A stretch of 50,439 bases of DNA. Source: Nitrospirota bacterium (GTDB lineage Bacteria > UBA2233). The position numbers and the translations under genes are program-made. Each line of letters opens with the position of its first letter. Position 1 is the first letter of the stretch. The notes below the pieces were generated by a model. That model was given only the letters and a program-made list of their open reading frames with translations. It searched no databases and was not told where the DNA came from. Location: assembly GCA_011620345.1 (NCBI GenBank), contig WOZJ01000014.1:1-50439 (forward strand), in the 5' to 3' direction. Positions 47,530 through 50,439 of the stretch are shown one piece after another.

Positions 47530-49361
47530 CGCTTCCAGAGAAAGAAATGACGCTTCGGGCCGTTGTAATCGGCGTACTGGTGGGGCTCGTGTTCGGCGCG
47601 GCCAACGCCTACGTGGGGCTTCGAGTGGGGATGACCGTCTCGGCCTCGATTCCGGCCGCCATCGTGGGGATGGCCGTGTTGCGGGCGCTGAAAAGCGCCA
47701 ATATCCTCGAGGGCAACATCATCCAAACGATTGGCTCCTCGGGAGAGGCGCTTGCAGCAGGAGTAATCTTCACGTTTCCCGCGCTCTATATATGGGGGAT
47801 TGAGCCCGGCACCCTTCGGATCATGACGATTGCCATGCTCGCCGGGACGCTCGGGGTTTTGTTGATGATCCCCTTGAGGGATTACCTTGTTCGGGTCGAA
47901 GACAAAACGCTGCCCTACCCGGAAGGTAGGGCCTGCGCCAAGGTGCTGGAGGCAAGCGTAGGCGACCCAGCCCGCGCTACTCCCGTTTTCCTTGGCTTCC
48001 TTGTAGGCTTGGCCTACCAAGCGTGTGTCAACTCTAGGGCGCTGGGGCTTTGGCCTTCGAGCATAACGTTCGGGCTGCCCTTCTTGCCTAAGGCCCAGGT
48101 TGCAGCGGATTTGGCGCCGGAACTGCTGGCGGTGGGGTTTTTGGTCGGGCCTGTCGTGGCCAACGCGATGGTTTCTGGCGGAGCTGTGGGCTGGCTCGTG
48201 ATCATCCCGTTGATCGCCTTCTTTGGGGCAGGGGCCGCTGCTCCCATCTTTCCAGAGGATGCGCTGCCTATCTCGGGGATGAGCCCCGATTTGCTTTGGG
48301 ATCGCTACATCCGGTATATCGGCGCGGGAACGGTAACCTTGGGCGGGATCCTTGCGATGCTCGAGGCGGCTCCTTCGCTTGCAAGAAGCCTCAAGGACAG
48401 CGTTCATGGGTTGTTTACCCAGGCCGAGTCGAAAGGGGACCTGCCGATTGTCGTGGTCCTTTTGGGCATTTTGGGTATTGGGGTGACTTTTGCCCTGCTT
48501 CCAAAGTCTTTTGTGCCCTTGGGGTGGCTTGGCGCTGGTTTGACACTCGCGTTCGCGTTCTTGTTCGTCGCCGTGAGCGCAAGGATCGTAGGAATAGTTG
48601 GCTCGAGCAACAACCCCGTTTCTGGGATGACGATTGCCACGCTCATTGGAGTCACGTCGATTTTGGTTCACATCCAAGTGGATTTCAACACGCTGCGCGT
48701 CCAGGCGTTGCTCATCGGGGCGATTGTTTGCATCGCCGCCGCGATCGCCGCGGATACATCCCAAGACTTAAAAACCGGCTACCTCGTTCGGGCTACGCCC
48801 TATAGGCAGCAGATCGGCCAGATCATCGGCGTTCTCTCCTCTGCACTTGTCGTGGCATGGGTTCTTTATCTTTTGCAGACCACTTACGGGATCGGTTCGA
48901 AGGACCTTCCCGCACCCCAAGCGCAACTTATGGCCGTCGTCATTCAAGGCATTGCGGGCGGAAAGCTCCCATGGTCGTTGCTAGGCATCGGGGCCGTGCT
49001 TGCCGTTATCGTTCGTATGCTTGGAGTGAACGTCATGGCGTTCGCGATAGGGATTTATCTTCCCTTTAGCCTATCCGTCCCGATCTTTGCGGGCGGGGCG
49101 ATCCTTTGGCTGCTCAAAGGGCTTGGGGTCCCTGAAGCTTCCGTTGAAAAGGGGACGCTTTTCAGCTCCGGGCTGATCGCGGGCTCCGCCCTGTTGGGCG
49201 TGTTTATCGCACTCCTTATTTTCCTGGGACAGTTCTTTCCCCCGCTCGACTCGTTTATGGGCTTTCTTGCCAAGACCTCGGAGCTTGGTGGGCAGGGCGT
49301 ATCGTTAGCGGTGTTTTTGGGGCTTGGATGCATGCTTGCCTACATCGCAAGCCGCCGGTAG
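47520..49361 (+). CDS. OPT-family oligopeptide transporter
   Basis: EMTLRAV..G, AANAYVGLRVGMTVSASIPAA, LPYPEG.ACA, SNNPVSGMTIAT, QDLKTGYL, APQA.LMA; many TMs. Confidence 0.93.
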   Translation: MRSTLPEKEMTLRAVVIGVLVGLVFGAANAYVGLRVGMTVSASIPAAIVGMAVLRALKSANILEGNIIQTIGSSGEALAAGVIFTFPALYIWGIEPGTLRIMTIAMLAGTLGVLLMIPLRDYLVRVEDKTLPYPEGRACAKVLEASVGDPARATPVFLGFLVGLAYQACVNSRALGLWPSSITFGLPFLPKAQVAADLAPELLAVGFLVGPVVANAMVSGGAVGWLVIIPLIAFFGAGAAAPIFPEDALPISGMSPDLLWDRYIRYIGAGTVTLGGILAMLEAAPSLARSLKDSVHGLFTQAESKGDLPIVVVLLGILGIGVTFALLPKSFVPLGWLGAGLTLAFAFLFVAVSARIVGIVGSSNNPVSGMTIATLIGVTSILVHIQVDFNTLRVQALLIGAIVCIAAAIAADTSQDLKTGYLVRATPYRQQIGQIIGVLSSALVVAWVLYLLQTTYGIGSKDLPAPQAQLMAVVIQGIAGGKLPWSLLGIGAVLAVIVRMLGVNVMAFAIGIYLPFSLSVPIFAGGAILWLLKGLGVPEASVEKGTLFSSGLIAGSALLGVFIALLIFLGQFFPPLDSFMGFLAKTSELGGQGVSLAVFLGLGCMLAYIASRR

Positions 49362-49617
49362 TTCCTGGTGTCCTCTCGTATGCGCTACAATAGAAAGAAA
49401 ACGCCAGAAAAGGGGGGATATGCGCGGCTTGCCAGAGAGCTTGGCCGGACCTAAGTCTTTTCGCTGGTGTCAGTAGCATACTGCTCTTCTCTCTGTTCGT
49501 CTTGCTAGGGGAAGGCTTGGATGTCTGGAAGCAGCCGGATGGGGTTTGCAGTGCCCTTATGCGTGTCAAAAGACAAAGATGCCTTTCGGGGGACCAATAA
49601 GGCAATAGGGGAAAGCC

Positions 49618-50439
49618 ATGGAAAGCAAGATCGCTAAAGCTCTGGGGCTTCGCTACGAACCCGTAGCGAGCCTTTGGGAGGATGAGCGGCCTGGCGGGGC
49701 GTTAGGGTTTAAGCCGGGGCGCTTTGGGTGTGTGATGAGCCTTTTTGCCGCTGTTGCGCAAACGGGGCGCGTTGCCGCCTTCGACCGTGAGACCTATGGC
49801 TGTTGGGGAGGTGGCGTGGGCCTAGGGTTTGGCAACGCCTACCGAGCGTTTCCAGGAGGCGAGGAGTGCTTTTCCCGGTTTCTTTCTTCTGGCAACGCCA
49901 CATGGGAAACGGGACAAGCTCGGGCCGAGTCACTCAAGGACAGCATGGGTAAGGAGTTTGCCGAGAATTTTTTGAAGGGCGAAGGGTACTTAAGAGGTCC
50001 TGAGCAAGTAAAGGTCTTTATCGAGAGCCTCCCGATCCGTGAGATCCCCGCTCGTTTTTCGGTCTTCGCCCCCTTGAAGGCCTTGGATGGGGTGAGCACC
50101 CAAACAAAGGTCGTGACGTTCCTGGCAAACCCGGATCAGCTCGCCGCGTTGGTTGTTTTGGCCCATAGGGCCAAGGAAACACCGGGTGAGGCAGTTGCCG
50201 CTCCCTGGGCCGCAGGCTGCCAGTCTATCGGTATTTTGAGTTACTACGAGGCCGAGCGTGAAAACCCCCGCGCGATCCTCGGACTCATGGACATTTCGGC
50301 CAGACGCCATGTCCGTAAGCTTGGTGCAGACATTTTATCGCTTAGTGTCCCCTTTTCGATGTTCCTAGCCATGGAGGATGCACTCGAGGGAAGCTTTGTC
50401 GAAAGGAGTACATGGAAATCGCTCCTTTCAGAGAAGGAA
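49618..50439 (+). CDS. DUF169 (COG2043-like) protein, runs off the window edge
   Basis: Not in the ORF track (no stop). Hand translation is open for 274 codons: MESKIAKALGLRYEPVA...GCWGGGVGLGFG...NPDQLAALV...AGCQSIG...GLMDISAR...W. Confidence 0.8.
   Translation, partial: MESKIAKALGLRYEPVASLWEDERPGGALGFKPGRFGCVMSLFAAVAQTGRVAAFDRETYGCWGGGVGLGFGNAYRAFPGGEECFSRFLSSGNATWETGQARAESLKDSMGKEFAENFLKGEGYLRGPEQVKVFIESLPIREIPARFSVFAPLKALDGVSTQTKVVTFLANPDQLAALVVLAHRAKETPGEAVAAPWAAGCQSIGILSYYEAERENPRAILGLMDISARRHVRKLGADILSLSVPFSMFLAMEDALEGSFVERSTWKSLLSEKE

Noticed and set aside
47526..48764. 412-aa minus-strand ORF
   Set aside because: Antisense shadow of the hydrophobic OPT transporter

Overview
Core-chromosome segment of a GC-rich diderm bacterium. 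Gene order resembles the former Deltaproteobacteria (ilvBNC-psd-pssA-leuACDB-asd-truA; atpF'-F-H-A-G-D-C-glmU-glmS without atpB/E), but many proteins are divergent. About 50 CDS: pgi, miaA, accA, pheA-tyrA-aroA-cmk-rpsA, HIT-lapA-rlpA, two tandem FadL-type outer-membrane channels, uppS-cdsA-dxr-rseP-tsaB, the ilv/leu operon, an AmmeMemoRadiSam radical SAM enzyme, a tetraheme cytochrome fused to a degenerate UshA-like domain, most of ATP synthase, glmU/glmS, an RNA-handling cluster (YhaM-like HD nuclease, tRNA nucleotidyltransferase, RRM protein), TIGR02757-like protein, M20 peptidase, acylphosphatase, tRNA-Arg(ACG), an OPT transporter and a truncated DUF169-like gene missing from the ORF track. 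I saw no transposase, integrase, prophage or CRISPR array. Best leads: (1) a GlmU whose uridyltransferase domain appears catalytically dead; (2) a ~170-nt rod-like RNA with its own sigma70-like promoter, inside a nuclease / CC-adding-type transferase / RRM cluster; (3) the CGC-motif pseudo-phosphatase tetraheme lipoprotein upstream of the atp genes. All calls rest on motifs recognised by eye and hand folding; no database searches were run.
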